Assembly: GCA_965140765.1 (NCBI GenBank)
Contig: OZ223309.1
Location: 1,003,470 to 1,067,469 of the forward strand
Source of the DNA: an uncultured Sunxiuqinia sp.
Lineage (GTDB): Bacteria; Bacteroidota; Bacteroidia; Bacteroidales; Prolixibacteraceae
Reading direction: 5' to 3'
DNA length: 64,000 nt
Shown: positions 19,835 to 30,099 of the stretch, piece by piece
Numbering within the stretch: position 1 is the first letter of the stretch
Layout: each line of letters opens with the position of its first letter
The notes under the pieces: generated by a model
The model's database searches: none
Told to the model about the DNA's origin: nothing
What the model saw: only the letters and a program-made list of their open reading frames with translations
Program-made: the position numbers and the translations under genes

Positions 19835-22800
19835 ATGAAAAAAATTTATTGTGAATTGATTTCCGGTGTGTTTATAATCTGGAAATCCAAATTATTGAAA
19901 AGAATGAGGATTGTTGCATTATTAATTCTGATTACAATAACCCAAACGTTTGCGCTTGACAGCTATGCGCAAAGTAAACGGTTAAGCTTGAATTTTAAAA
20001 ATGAAAAAATCATTGACATTCTTGATAAGATAGAAGAGCAATCCGAATTTTATTTTATGTTCGATGCTTCAAAAATTGATATAGCCCAAAGGAAAAGTAT
20101 CAATTGCGAAAACCAGGTAATAACCAGTATCCTCGACCAACTATTCGAAAATACCGGGATAACATACCGCATTAGCGACCGCCAGATTGGGCTCATTAGC
20201 ACTAATTTTGAGGATGATGACCAAGAAGTCAAGGTTTCTGGTAAAGTCACCGACTCCTCTGGTTCTCCATTACCAGGAGTAACAGTTGTTGTTAAAGGAA
20301 CAACAAATGGTACGATTACTAATTTTGATGGATTGTATACTTTATCGAATGTCCCTTCTGATGGTATTATTCAGTTTTCGTTTGTGGGTATGAAGATGCA
20401 AGAGATTTCTGTTAGCGGAAAAACTTCTATTGATGTAGTGATGGAGGAAGATGCTATTGGTATTGAAGAGGTTGTTGCTGTTGGATATGGTACACAAAAG
20501 AAAGTAAATCTTACTGGAGCCGTGAGTAGCATCAATACAGATGAATTAGAAAGTAGACCATTAACAAATGCCAGTTTAGCTTTGCAGGGGAAAGTTGCTG
20601 GTGTTTACGCTTTACAACAATCTGGTAAACCTGGAGGTGATGGTGCTATTATTAATATTAGGGGAGTTGGTACATTAAATGACTCAAGTCCCCTAGTTCT
20701 GATTGATGAATTTCCTGGAAATATTAGCGATGTTAATCCAAATGATATAGAATCGATTTCGGTGTTAAAGGATGCATCGTCGTCAGCTATTTATGGTAAT
20801 CGTGCAGCAAATGGTGTAATTTTAATAACAACCAAGCGAGGTAAAACCGGTGAAATGCAAGTTCAGTATAACGGATATTTTGGTATTCAAGAGGCGACAA
20901 GATTACCTGATGTTTTTAATTCACTGGAATATGCGAGAGGCTTAAATGAAGCCAATATTAACTCAGGATTACTACCGAGATTTTCTGAAGAAGAAATTCA
21001 AAAATTTGAAGATGGTAATGATCCGATGTATCCTGACATAAATTATTTCGATGTTTATTATGACAAGGCTACTATACAAGAACATGATATTAATCTTAAT
21101 GGAGGGAGTGAAAATCTTAAATATTCATTTATGTTGGGATATCTAAATCAAGAGGGAATTCTAGTGGGGACTGATAATAAAAAAATAAACTTTAGGTCAA
21201 ATCTTGATTCCTACTTTTTAGATAATAAGCTTCGAATATCTGCAAGATTATCAGGGAATAAAGGGGAAAGAAATGAACCTACTGAGGAATGGAATGCTAA
21301 ATGGGGGGGAACTATTGCACCTATTTGGCCTATTAAAAATGAATTGGGACAATGGGTTGCAGTTAATAATGAGTGTAACTTTTATGGACAAATTATGGAT
21401 GGTAGTACTAATAATACCATTCGATATTTTTATACTGGCCAAATTGATGGAGAATATAAGCTTACACAAGGATTAAGTGCACAAATTACATATGGATATA
21501 GTATTACCGCAGAGAATTCAAACTCTTTTATTGCTAATACGTTATTGGCCAAATTGGATGGAAGTACTATAGCTATTCCAGCATTCTTAACTGAAACAAA
21601 TATCTCTAATACGCAAACTATATTAACCTCATTACTCAAGTATGAAAAAATACTTGATAAACATCAAGTAAAGTTTCTGGGGGGATATTCTGAAGAAGAA
21701 TTTAATTGGAGATGGTTTTTGGCTCAACGCGAAAGTTTTGTTAATAATACACAGAGATATTTACGTCTTGGAAATCCTGCAACTATGAAAAATGATGGAG
21801 GTGCAACAGATTTGGGCTTGCAATCAGTATTTGGACGGATAAATTATGTTTTTGACCAAAAATACTTGTTTGAAGCTAATATTCGGTATGATGGGTCCTC
21901 TAGGTTTGGCAAAGATTTTAGATGGGGAACATTCCCTTCATTTTCTGCTGGGTGGTTAATTTCTGAAGAGAACTTTGTGGAGGACGTAGAATGGTTAAAT
22001 ACGATGAAGATTAGATTGTCTTGGGGACGACTTGGCAATCAAAATATTAATACCCTTTATGCTGCAAGTGATATTTTATCTACAGGTCAAAACTATTCTT
22101 TTGGAGGAACCCTTAGTTCTGGAGTTGCGATTAATGAAATGTCTAATAAAGAAACAACCTGGGAATCAACGGAGCAAATGAACATTGGAATGGATTTGGT
22201 CATAAATAAAGAATTTAGTTTCACGGCTGATTATTTCCAAAAAACAACAAAAGATATTTTAATGCAGGTGCCAATTCCATATACAATGGGGGCGTTATCA
22301 TCTCCATTTCAAAATGTTGGAGAAGTTAAAAATTCAGGAATTGAAATTACCAGTAGTTTCAAAAAACAATTATCAAAAGACTTGAGCTTTAATGCAACTC
22401 TTAATTTGTATCATATAAAGAATGAAGTTGTTGATCTTTATGACAGGGATGAAATTATAAATCAAATGAATATTGTAAAAGAAGGATATGCTATTAATTC
22501 TTTTTATGGATATAAAGTTGACGGGATTTATCAGATATCTGATTTTTCTTGGCAAAACAATAGTGACCCTAATATAGCACATCAGGATCGAAATTATATT
22601 TTGAATGATGGTGTTGTAACAGTTGCCAATTTTAATCCACAACCCGGTGATATTAAATTCATGGATTTAAGTGGTGACAATCATGTGACTATGACAGATG
22701 ACCGCACAGTAATTGGTAAGCAGTTTCCTGATTTAGGTTACTCGTTACAATTAGATATTGACTGGAAAAATTTTGATTTTGGAGTTTTTTGTCAGGGCGT

Positions 22801-23200
22801 GCAAGGAATGGAAGGGTATACTTACCAGGAACTTTCTATTCCATTTAGTAATTTTTCCAATACTGCGGCATGGTGGAGAAATAGATGGACTCCAGATAAT
22901 CCCTCAAATGAGATTCCGAGATTTGTAATGGATGAGACACGTACATTTATACATTCAGAGTTTTACCTAGAAAACGCATCTTATTTCAGGATAAAAAATA
23001 TTGAACTTGGTTATACCCTGAAAGATCATATTGTTTCTGGAATTGGATTGAACAAAGTTAGATTCTATGGAAATATTCAGAATGCATTAACCATCTCAAA
23101 ATATAGAGGATTTGATCCAGAGCAGCCTGTCGGGGAGACACGTGCACATGCTTATCCTCAGGTACGCATTTACACTTTAGGGTTGAATATTAATTTTTAA
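19835..23200 (+). CDS. susC: SusC-like TonB-dependent transporter with N-terminal signalling extension
   Basis: Long N-terminal STN-like region, VVAVGYGTQKK, LKDASSSAIYGNRAANGVILITTK, C-terminal GLNINF. Confidence 0.95.
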   Translation: MKKIYCELISGVFIIWKSKLLKRMRIVALLILITITQTFALDSYAQSKRLSLNFKNEKIIDILDKIEEQSEFYFMFDASKIDIAQRKSINCENQVITSILDQLFENTGITYRISDRQIGLISTNFEDDDQEVKVSGKVTDSSGSPLPGVTVVVKGTTNGTITNFDGLYTLSNVPSDGIIQFSFVGMKMQEISVSGKTSIDVVMEEDAIGIEEVVAVGYGTQKKVNLTGAVSSINTDELESRPLTNASLALQGKVAGVYALQQSGKPGGDGAIINIRGVGTLNDSSPLVLIDEFPGNISDVNPNDIESISVLKDASSSAIYGNRAANGVILITTKRGKTGEMQVQYNGYFGIQEATRLPDVFNSLEYARGLNEANINSGLLPRFSEEEIQKFEDGNDPMYPDINYFDVYYDKATIQEHDINLNGGSENLKYSFMLGYLNQEGILVGTDNKKINFRSNLDSYFLDNKLRISARLSGNKGERNEPTEEWNAKWGGTIAPIWPIKNELGQWVAVNNECNFYGQIMDGSTNNTIRYFYTGQIDGEYKLTQGLSAQITYGYSITAENSNSFIANTLLAKLDGSTIAIPAFLTETNISNTQTILTSLLKYEKILDKHQVKFLGGYSEEEFNWRWFLAQRESFVNNTQRYLRLGNPATMKNDGGATDLGLQSVFGRINYVFDQKYLFEANIRYDGSSRFGKDFRWGTFPSFSAGWLISEENFVEDVEWLNTMKIRLSWGRLGNQNINTLYAASDILSTGQNYSFGGTLSSGVAINEMSNKETTWESTEQMNIGMDLVINKEFSFTADYFQKTTKDILMQVPIPYTMGALSSPFQNVGEVKNSGIEITSSFKKQLSKDLSFNATLNLYHIKNEVVDLYDRDEIINQMNIVKEGYAINSFYGYKVDGIYQISDFSWQNNSDPNIAHQDRNYILNDGVVTVANFNPQPGDIKFMDLSGDNHVTMTDDRTVIGKQFPDLGYSLQLDIDWKNFDFGVFCQGVQGMEGYTYQELSIPFSNFSNTAAWWRNRWTPDNPSNEIPRFVMDETRTFIHSEFYLENASYFRIKNIELGYTLKDHIVSGIGLNKVRFYGNIQNALTISKYRGFDPEQPVGETRAHAYPQVRIYTLGLNINF

Positions 23201-23210
23201 ACTTCTTAAA

Positions 23211-24761
23211 ATGAAAAAAACACATATTGCACTATTGATAATTATCCTTGGATTTACAAATGGATGTGTTGAAGATATTTTAGAAAAATCTCCTTTAGAT
23301 GCTTTATCTCCGGATACTTTTTATCAAAATGAGAATGAGGCAAGAATGGGATTGACAGGTGTTTATAATGGACTTACTGAAGAATATACACCTATAAAAT
23401 GGTATCAGTTTGATTTTATGAGTGATGATGGTTTATGTCATCATAGTTGGCAAGGAAATCTTGAATTTGGGGCGTGGTTACATAATTCATCAAGTTGGGC
23501 TGCACAGGATAAATGGATAAGAGCTTACAAAACTATTGTTCGTGCAAATAGTTTCATTGAAAATATTAAAGAATCAAATATTTCTGATGAATTGAAAATT
23601 ACGATGACAGCTGAAGCTAAGTTTATAAGGGCATTTATGTATTCGGATTTAATACAGTTTTATGGGGATGTCCCTTTAGTTTCATCTGTTCAAACACTTG
23701 AGGAGGCAAAAATACCTCGGACACCAAAAAATGAAGTGTTAGAAGGGATAATTGAGGATTTTGATTTTTCTGCACAAAACCTTCCGTTGGAATGGTCTGG
23801 ATCTAGTATTGGCAGAGTAACCAGAGGAGCTGCGTTAGCTTATAAATCAAGGATATTGCTGTATAATGAAAGGTGGGAAGAAGCTGCTAGTACCTTAAAA
23901 GATGTAATGGATTTAGGAATTTATGAATTATATAATGATTATGCGGGGATTTTTAAAGAAGAAAATGAGAACAACATTGAAGTGATCTTTGATATTCAAT
24001 ATATTAAAGATTTGCATATTCAACCATGGCCTTCGTCGGCTATGGCCTTAGGGTCATGGCCAACACCAAGTGTTACAAAAAGTCTTCTTGATTCGTATTA
24101 TATGACAAATGGGTTACCAATTGATCATCCAAATTCGGGATATATCGAGCAAGATCCGTTTATAAATAGAGATCCGCGTATGCATGCTTCTGTTGTTTTA
24201 CCTGGAACACAGAAGGGATATTCAATTTTTATACCTGCATATGATGAAGTACTGTGTGGAGCAAGACCTAGAAAATATGCTGATTTGTATACTGATAATA
24301 TTGGTAATTGTGGAATTAATACAATATTAATGAGATATGCCGATATTTTACTCATGCGTGCTGAGGCGCTTATCGAAGCTGGAGATTTGTCGCAGGAAGT
24401 ATATGATCTTATAAATATGGTAAGGGTTAGGAGTAATATGCCAAAGGTGGAGGATATAGAAGGTGTTGGATTGACACAACAACAACTAAGAAAGGTTGTC
24501 AGACATGAGAGACGGGTTGAGTTTTTCATGGAGGGTTTAAGGTATGTCGACATGTTGAGGTGGAAAGATGAGTCTCTTGTGCACGATGTTTACGGTTTTA
24601 ATAAATCGAGACTTTCAGATCCCTCAAATCCTGAAAACTGGTATTTTGAAGTTATTAGAGTCGCAGAAAGATCATTTGATCCTCGGAAAGGATGGCTATG
24701 GCCAATTCCTTTGAATGAGATTATGAGTAATGAAAATCTGATTCAAAATCCAGGCTTCTAA
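23211..24761 (+). CDS. susD: SusD/RagB-family lipoprotein
   Basis: Lipobox NGC, EAKFIRA, RYADILLMRAEA, RHERRVEF, PIP...QNPGF. Confidence 0.95.
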   Translation: MKKTHIALLIIILGFTNGCVEDILEKSPLDALSPDTFYQNENEARMGLTGVYNGLTEEYTPIKWYQFDFMSDDGLCHHSWQGNLEFGAWLHNSSSWAAQDKWIRAYKTIVRANSFIENIKESNISDELKITMTAEAKFIRAFMYSDLIQFYGDVPLVSSVQTLEEAKIPRTPKNEVLEGIIEDFDFSAQNLPLEWSGSSIGRVTRGAALAYKSRILLYNERWEEAASTLKDVMDLGIYELYNDYAGIFKEENENNIEVIFDIQYIKDLHIQPWPSSAMALGSWPTPSVTKSLLDSYYMTNGLPIDHPNSGYIEQDPFINRDPRMHASVVLPGTQKGYSIFIPAYDEVLCGARPRKYADLYTDNIGNCGINTILMRYADILLMRAEALIEAGDLSQEVYDLINMVRVRSNMPKVEDIEGVGLTQQQLRKVVRHERRVEFFMEGLRYVDMLRWKDESLVHDVYGFNKSRLSDPSNPENWYFEVIRVAERSFDPRKGWLWPIPLNEIMSNENLIQNPGF

Positions 24762-24766
24762 ACTTA

Positions 24767-24804
24767 ATTGACATATTAGGTCTAACAAGTCCTAATATGT
24801 CAAT
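24767..24804 (+). promoter_or_regulatory. 14-bp stem-loop after susD
   Basis: ATTGACATATTAGG/CCTAATATGTCAAT perfect stem, 10-nt loop, no T-run. Confidence 0.6.
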
Positions 24805-24897
24805 AATCTACCCTCTATCCTGCTCTTGATCAGTATATTGTAGTTTGTCTTTTTAGATATTCGTTGATAAAGTATTCCACTTTAAGTAGTTGTAATT

Positions 24898-27381
24898 ATG
24901 TTAGTACACAAAATAAATATAATGTTTAAATATAGCATTTTGGTTTTAGGGATCATATTCTTTTCTAATGGTTGTAGCCGATATCAGAATATTAATATTG
25001 AAAAGGATATGACGTTTTTTCCTCCTATTAATTCAGAACGAATCCGATTGTTTGATGAAGGATGGCGCTTTTCAAAGATTGCGAATGAAGATGCTATTGA
25101 TCCTGGTTTTTATGACAAATCATGGAGAGTCGTTGATTTGCCGCATGATTGGAGTATTGAAGACTTATCAGAGGGAACTGATATTGTAGGGCCATTTTCT
25201 AAAGAAAAAAGCCAAGGTGGATTAGCAACTGGATTTGTAACAGGTGGAATTGGCTACTATAGGAAAACATTTTCTATTCATGAAAAAGATAAAGAAAAAA
25301 TTTTTACTATATATTTTGACGGGGTCTATATGGAATCAGATGTTTGGTGCAATGGTCATCATTTAGGATTCCATCCTAATGGCTATACTCCATTTTATTA
25401 TGAATTAACTGACTACCTAAATCCTCCCGGGGAAGAAAATGTTTTAGTCGTAAGAGCAAAAAATATAGGTAAAAATAGTCGATGGTATTCTGGTTCAGGT
25501 ATCTATAGGCATGTTTGGCTTAGGGTTACAAAACCTGTTAATATTCCGATATGGGGAGTAGCTATAAATACTCTTAATTTTTCTAAGAATCAAGCTGAAG
25601 TTGGTATTGAGTTTTCAGTTCGTAATCAGGGGAGTGAAGATAGTCCGATTGTAATTCGTCAAGAAATAACTGAGATTGGAGTTCCCTCGGTTTTTGAATT
25701 TGAAGAACATCCCATAAAAGGGAAGGAGTCTTTAAAATATTTCCGAAAATTTTTAATTGATGCCCCTAAACTTTGGACTATGGATAGTCCTAATCTTTAT
25801 ACACTAAGAACAGAAATTATAAAAAATGGTGTTGTTGTTGATACAGAGGAGACAAAATTTGGAATTAGGACATTAGATTTTAGTCCAGAAAAAGGATTTT
25901 TATTGAATGGAGAACCCGTCATATTGAAAGGAGCTTGCATACATCATGATAATGGAATATTAGGATCAGCTAGTTATGATAGGGCTGAACAGCGAAAAAT
26001 TGAAATTTTAAAAAGAAATGGATTCAATGCGATAAGATCAAGTCATAATCCTCCTTCACAACAACTATTGGACGCTTGTGACAGGTTGGGAGTTTTAGTA
26101 ATTGATGAACTATTTGATTGTTGGGAGCATCATAAAATGCCAAATGACTATCATCGATACTTTAAAAATTGGTGGAAGCAAGATATTCAAAGTACACTTT
26201 TACGTGACAGAAACCACCCTTCAATTATTGCATGGAGTTATGGAAACGAAATATATGAAAGAGCAGATTCTTCGGGAATAAGAATAGCTAAACAATTGAT
26301 TTCTTCGATAAAAGAGATTGATGTCACACGTCCTGTTACCCAGGCAATATGTCTTTTTTGGCAGTTTGATAATACCAGCCGTCCTTGGTCTGATAATCAT
26401 GGTGCGTTTGAGTTGATGGACATTCACGGGTATAATTACGAATGGAGGAGATATCAAGAAGATCATCAAAAATTTCCTGAAAGGGTAATTGTTGGAACCG
26501 AAACATTTCCTCTAGAAGTATATGATAATTATCAAATTGCGAGAGATCATCCTTATGTTATTGGTGATTTTGTGTGGACTGGAATGGATTATTTAGGAGA
26601 AGCTGGTCTTGGAAATGCTTCGATAGATTCAACTAATATAACTTATCCTTGGTTTATTAGTAATTGTGGAGATATTGATATTGTTGGTTTCAAAAAACCA
26701 CAATCATATTATCGCGATGTTGTCTGGGGAAATAGTAACCTTGAAGTAGCAGTGGAAAAACCATTGACTATCGGGCATAAATGGGTAATTAGCCGGTGGG
26801 GATGGAGAATTGAATCCCCCTGTTGGAATTGGGATGATATTGGTCAGGAGCTTGATGTTTATGCTTATTCCCAGGCGGAGAAAGTAGAAGTATATCTAAA
26901 TAATAAACTGGTTACGAAACAAATAGCAACAGATACATCAAAGTATGTTTTTCATTTTAAAGTTCCGTATGAACCGGGTGAATTGGTAGTGATAGCTTAC
27001 TCAAAGAACAAAGAGGTAGCACGAAAATTAATCAAAACAACAAAAGAAGTATCTGATATTGCTTTAATTGCAGATAGAAATCCGATAACTGCAAATATTA
27101 ATGACTTATGTTATGTTGAAGTCAGTTTAGTTGACAGTGATGGAAATTTAGTTCGAAATGATGACAGAGTGATTCATTTTGAGATTAAAGGAAGTGCAAA
27201 AATAATTGCTGTAGGGAATGGTAATCCAACTGAAATAAAGAGTTTTCAGTCTGACAGTTGCAAAAGCTTCAACGGAAAATGTGTTGTAGTTCTTCAACCA
27301 TTGGGTAAAACTGGAAAAGTGGAATTGTCTGCATTAGCAAATCATTTACCAGAACAAAAACTAACAATAAACATAAATTGA
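24898..27381 (+). CDS. Glycoside hydrolase family 2 (beta-galactosidase-like)
   Basis: DLPHDWSIE, FDGVYM, RWYSGSGIYR, AIRSSHNPP, WSYGNE, GDFVWTGMDYLGE. Confidence 0.92.
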   Translation: MLVHKINIMFKYSILVLGIIFFSNGCSRYQNINIEKDMTFFPPINSERIRLFDEGWRFSKIANEDAIDPGFYDKSWRVVDLPHDWSIEDLSEGTDIVGPFSKEKSQGGLATGFVTGGIGYYRKTFSIHEKDKEKIFTIYFDGVYMESDVWCNGHHLGFHPNGYTPFYYELTDYLNPPGEENVLVVRAKNIGKNSRWYSGSGIYRHVWLRVTKPVNIPIWGVAINTLNFSKNQAEVGIEFSVRNQGSEDSPIVIRQEITEIGVPSVFEFEEHPIKGKESLKYFRKFLIDAPKLWTMDSPNLYTLRTEIIKNGVVVDTEETKFGIRTLDFSPEKGFLLNGEPVILKGACIHHDNGILGSASYDRAEQRKIEILKRNGFNAIRSSHNPPSQQLLDACDRLGVLVIDELFDCWEHHKMPNDYHRYFKNWWKQDIQSTLLRDRNHPSIIAWSYGNEIYERADSSGIRIAKQLISSIKEIDVTRPVTQAICLFWQFDNTSRPWSDNHGAFELMDIHGYNYEWRRYQEDHQKFPERVIVGTETFPLEVYDNYQIARDHPYVIGDFVWTGMDYLGEAGLGNASIDSTNITYPWFISNCGDIDIVGFKKPQSYYRDVVWGNSNLEVAVEKPLTIGHKWVISRWGWRIESPCWNWDDIGQELDVYAYSQAEKVEVYLNNKLVTKQIATDTSKYVFHFKVPYEPGELVVIAYSKNKEVARKLIKTTKEVSDIALIADRNPITANINDLCYVEVSLVDSDGNLVRNDDRVIHFEIKGSAKIIAVGNGNPTEIKSFQSDSCKSFNGKCVVVLQPLGKTGKVELSALANHLPEQKLTININ

Positions 27382-27400
27382 ATAATAATTTTTAATAAAT

Positions 27401-28435
27401 ATGAATTACAGAAATCTCCTTCTTCTATCTTTTTCCATTTTAGGCTTCTTTGGGGGAACCAAAGCGATGCAGAGATGTATCCAAATTTCTGCCAACACAA
27501 TAGACAGTTCTTTTCTATTAAATGAATATGAGAAAGTGGAAAAAGCGAAATCATTGGATTATGCTTACAAGACATTTGATCAAAAAGAATATGTATACGT
27601 CTTCCCTTATTTTAAAGGAAACGGTGAGGATGGACTCCATTTGGCATATAGTATTGATGGTTATAATTGGAAAGAGTTGAATCAGGGAAAATCAGTACTG
27701 TCTCCAACTATTGGTAGCAAATTACTGCGTGATCCCTCAATTGTAAAAGGGCAAGATGGGAGATATCATATGGTTTATACTTGCGGCTGGTACGATAAGG
27801 GGTTTGGTTATGCAAGTACCAATGATCTTATACATTGGTCTGAACAGAAATATATCCCGGTAATGGAACATGAGCCTGGGGCAAAAAATGTATGGGCTCC
27901 TGAAATTTTTTATGAAAGCAGTAATGAAACTTACTATATTGTATGGTCTACAACGATACCGGGCAAGTTCCCTGAAACTGATGCATCAAGCGAAGACGGG
28001 AATAATCACCGGATGTATTACACTACTACCAAGGATTTTAAGACCTTTTCAGATGCCACCTTGTTTTATGACAAAGGATTTAATGTGATAGATGGTTTTA
28101 TTTTCAAATTTCAAGGGAAATACAATCTCTTTCTCAAAGACGAGACCTTGAACCCGGCACAAAAGAACATTCGCATTGCTACGGCTGATAAGCCAGAAGG
28201 GCCATATACTTATCCATCTAATCCTATTACCGGGGACTATTGGGTAGAAGGGCCGACAGTTTTTGAAAAGGGTGATTCTGTTTTTGTTTATTTTGATAAA
28301 TATAGGGATGGAAAGTATGGGGCAATTAGATCAATAGATTTTGAAAACTGGGAGGATATTTCCAATAAGATTACATTACCTCAAGGTATAAGACACGGTA
28401 GTATTTTTATTGTTCCTATTGAAACTATAAGATGA
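27401..28435 (+). CDS. GH43-like five-bladed beta-propeller glycoside hydrolase
   Basis: LRDPSI, WAPEIFY, VIDGFI, EGPT and RHGS motifs. Confidence 0.8.
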   Translation: MNYRNLLLLSFSILGFFGGTKAMQRCIQISANTIDSSFLLNEYEKVEKAKSLDYAYKTFDQKEYVYVFPYFKGNGEDGLHLAYSIDGYNWKELNQGKSVLSPTIGSKLLRDPSIVKGQDGRYHMVYTCGWYDKGFGYASTNDLIHWSEQKYIPVMEHEPGAKNVWAPEIFYESSNETYYIVWSTTIPGKFPETDASSEDGNNHRMYYTTTKDFKTFSDATLFYDKGFNVIDGFIFKFQGKYNLFLKDETLNPAQKNIRIATADKPEGPYTYPSNPITGDYWVEGPTVFEKGDSVFVYFDKYRDGKYGAIRSIDFENWEDISNKITLPQGIRHGSIFIVPIETIR

Positions 28436-28488
28436 ATGAATTTGATATTTAAATATTCTTTGATAATTAATAATACTAATCTACAGTT

Positions 28489-30048
28489 ATGAGAATAAAT
28501 TACTGGCTTAGAAATATAACAACAATTGTTACAATTTGTTGTTTCTCATTGATTGCGTGTTCAAAAGAAGAGCGTTTTGAAGAAAGTGATCATTTTGCAA
28601 ATACATATTATGTTGATACTGAAAATGGGAATGATAAAAATAGTGGTACAAGCGAGAGTAATGCATGGAAAACGCTTGACAAAGTAAATAGTGTAAAGTA
28701 TGGCGCTGGAGATGTAATAAGCTTCAAGTCAGGACAGATATTTGAAGGAAAATTTGTGCCTAAGGGATCAGGAACTTCAGAAAAACCTATCATTGCTACA
28801 TCTTATGGAGAAGGTAAAAAGCCTATTATTGAAGGTTCTGGTGTGCAACCAGCCACAATTCATCTTTATAATGTAGAGTGTTGGGAATTAGATGGATTAG
28901 AAGTAACAAATTATCATAATACTGTAAATTTAAGAAGTGGGGTATTAATTGAAAATGAAGATAAGGGAATTTTAAATCATATACATTTAAAAGATATGTA
29001 TATACATGATGTAAATGGAAAAAACATTGATAGTAACTGGGGATACGACAGGATAAATGGGGGAGTTATTGTTTATAGTCATGGTACTTCTGTTGAATCT
29101 GCATTTAATGATATTCTAATTAAGGGAAACCATATAGAAAAAGTTGACAGATCTGGTATTTTTATATATTCTACGTGGAGCAGTCGTGATAATATTTCAG
29201 AAGGCTACGGTCGTTGGTTCCCCTCAACAAATGTAATTATTAGAAATAATTATTTAAATGATATAGGTGGTGATGGTATACAAACGGGTGTTACAGATGG
29301 AGCTCTTGTTGAGTATAATGTTGCACATTACTGTAATATGCGTTCAGGAAAGAATAATGTTGCGATTTGGACATGGAATAGTGATAATTCTGTTTTTCAA
29401 TATAATGAAGCTGCATATACGCAAGTTAGAGAAGGAGATGGATGCGGATTTGATATTGATTTTGGCGGTTCAAATAATATAATGCAATATAACTATAGCC
29501 ATGATAATGAGGGAGGATTCATGTTGGTAACGTCATTCGGTAGTTATTCAAATAATGGCGCAATAGTAAGGTATAATATTAGTCAAAACGACAAAGGAAA
29601 GGTGCTTCGCGTTGTCGGTTTAGCAACTCGAAAATGTTATGTTTATAATAATGTAATATACCTTGGATCGAAATCAAATGCTGGTCTTATTTATACGACC
29701 GGTTGGGAAAGAGATCTAGGTGAAGGATATTTCTATAATAATATATTTGTAAATCTAGGTACTGGAGGAAATGAAATCTCATCAGGTACTATTTTTGAAA
29801 ACAATTGTTTTTACTGTCCTAATCTATCAAATTTGCCAGATGATCCCAATATGATTAATTCTGATCCTATGTTTATAAGTTCGAATAGTGGAGGGTCTGG
29901 TATAAACACATTAGAAGGTTATAAATTGAAAAACAATTCTCCTTGTATAAATAAAGGAAAGATAATTGAAAATACAGGAGGCAAGGATTTTTGGGGAAAT
30001 ATAGCACCAATAGATATACCAGATATAGGAGCCTACGAAGAACAATAG
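28489..30048 (+). CDS. Right-handed parallel beta-helix lipoprotein (lyase/hydrolase candidate)
   Basis: Lipobox IAC, YYVD...GND..SG..AWKT, Asn-rich repeats with GGDGI, DGCGFDID, YNYSHDN. Confidence 0.8.
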   Translation: MRINYWLRNITTIVTICCFSLIACSKEERFEESDHFANTYYVDTENGNDKNSGTSESNAWKTLDKVNSVKYGAGDVISFKSGQIFEGKFVPKGSGTSEKPIIATSYGEGKKPIIEGSGVQPATIHLYNVECWELDGLEVTNYHNTVNLRSGVLIENEDKGILNHIHLKDMYIHDVNGKNIDSNWGYDRINGGVIVYSHGTSVESAFNDILIKGNHIEKVDRSGIFIYSTWSSRDNISEGYGRWFPSTNVIIRNNYLNDIGGDGIQTGVTDGALVEYNVAHYCNMRSGKNNVAIWTWNSDNSVFQYNEAAYTQVREGDGCGFDIDFGGSNNIMQYNYSHDNEGGFMLVTSFGSYSNNGAIVRYNISQNDKGKVLRVVGLATRKCYVYNNVIYLGSKSNAGLIYTTGWERDLGEGYFYNNIFVNLGTGGNEISSGTIFENNCFYCPNLSNLPDDPNMINSDPMFISSNSGGSGINTLEGYKLKNNSPCINKGKIIENTGGKDFWGNIAPIDIPDIGAYEEQ

Positions 30049-30099
30049 AACATAAGTTTAATTATTGTCTTAACAGAAAATATAATTTCCTGTGATTAG

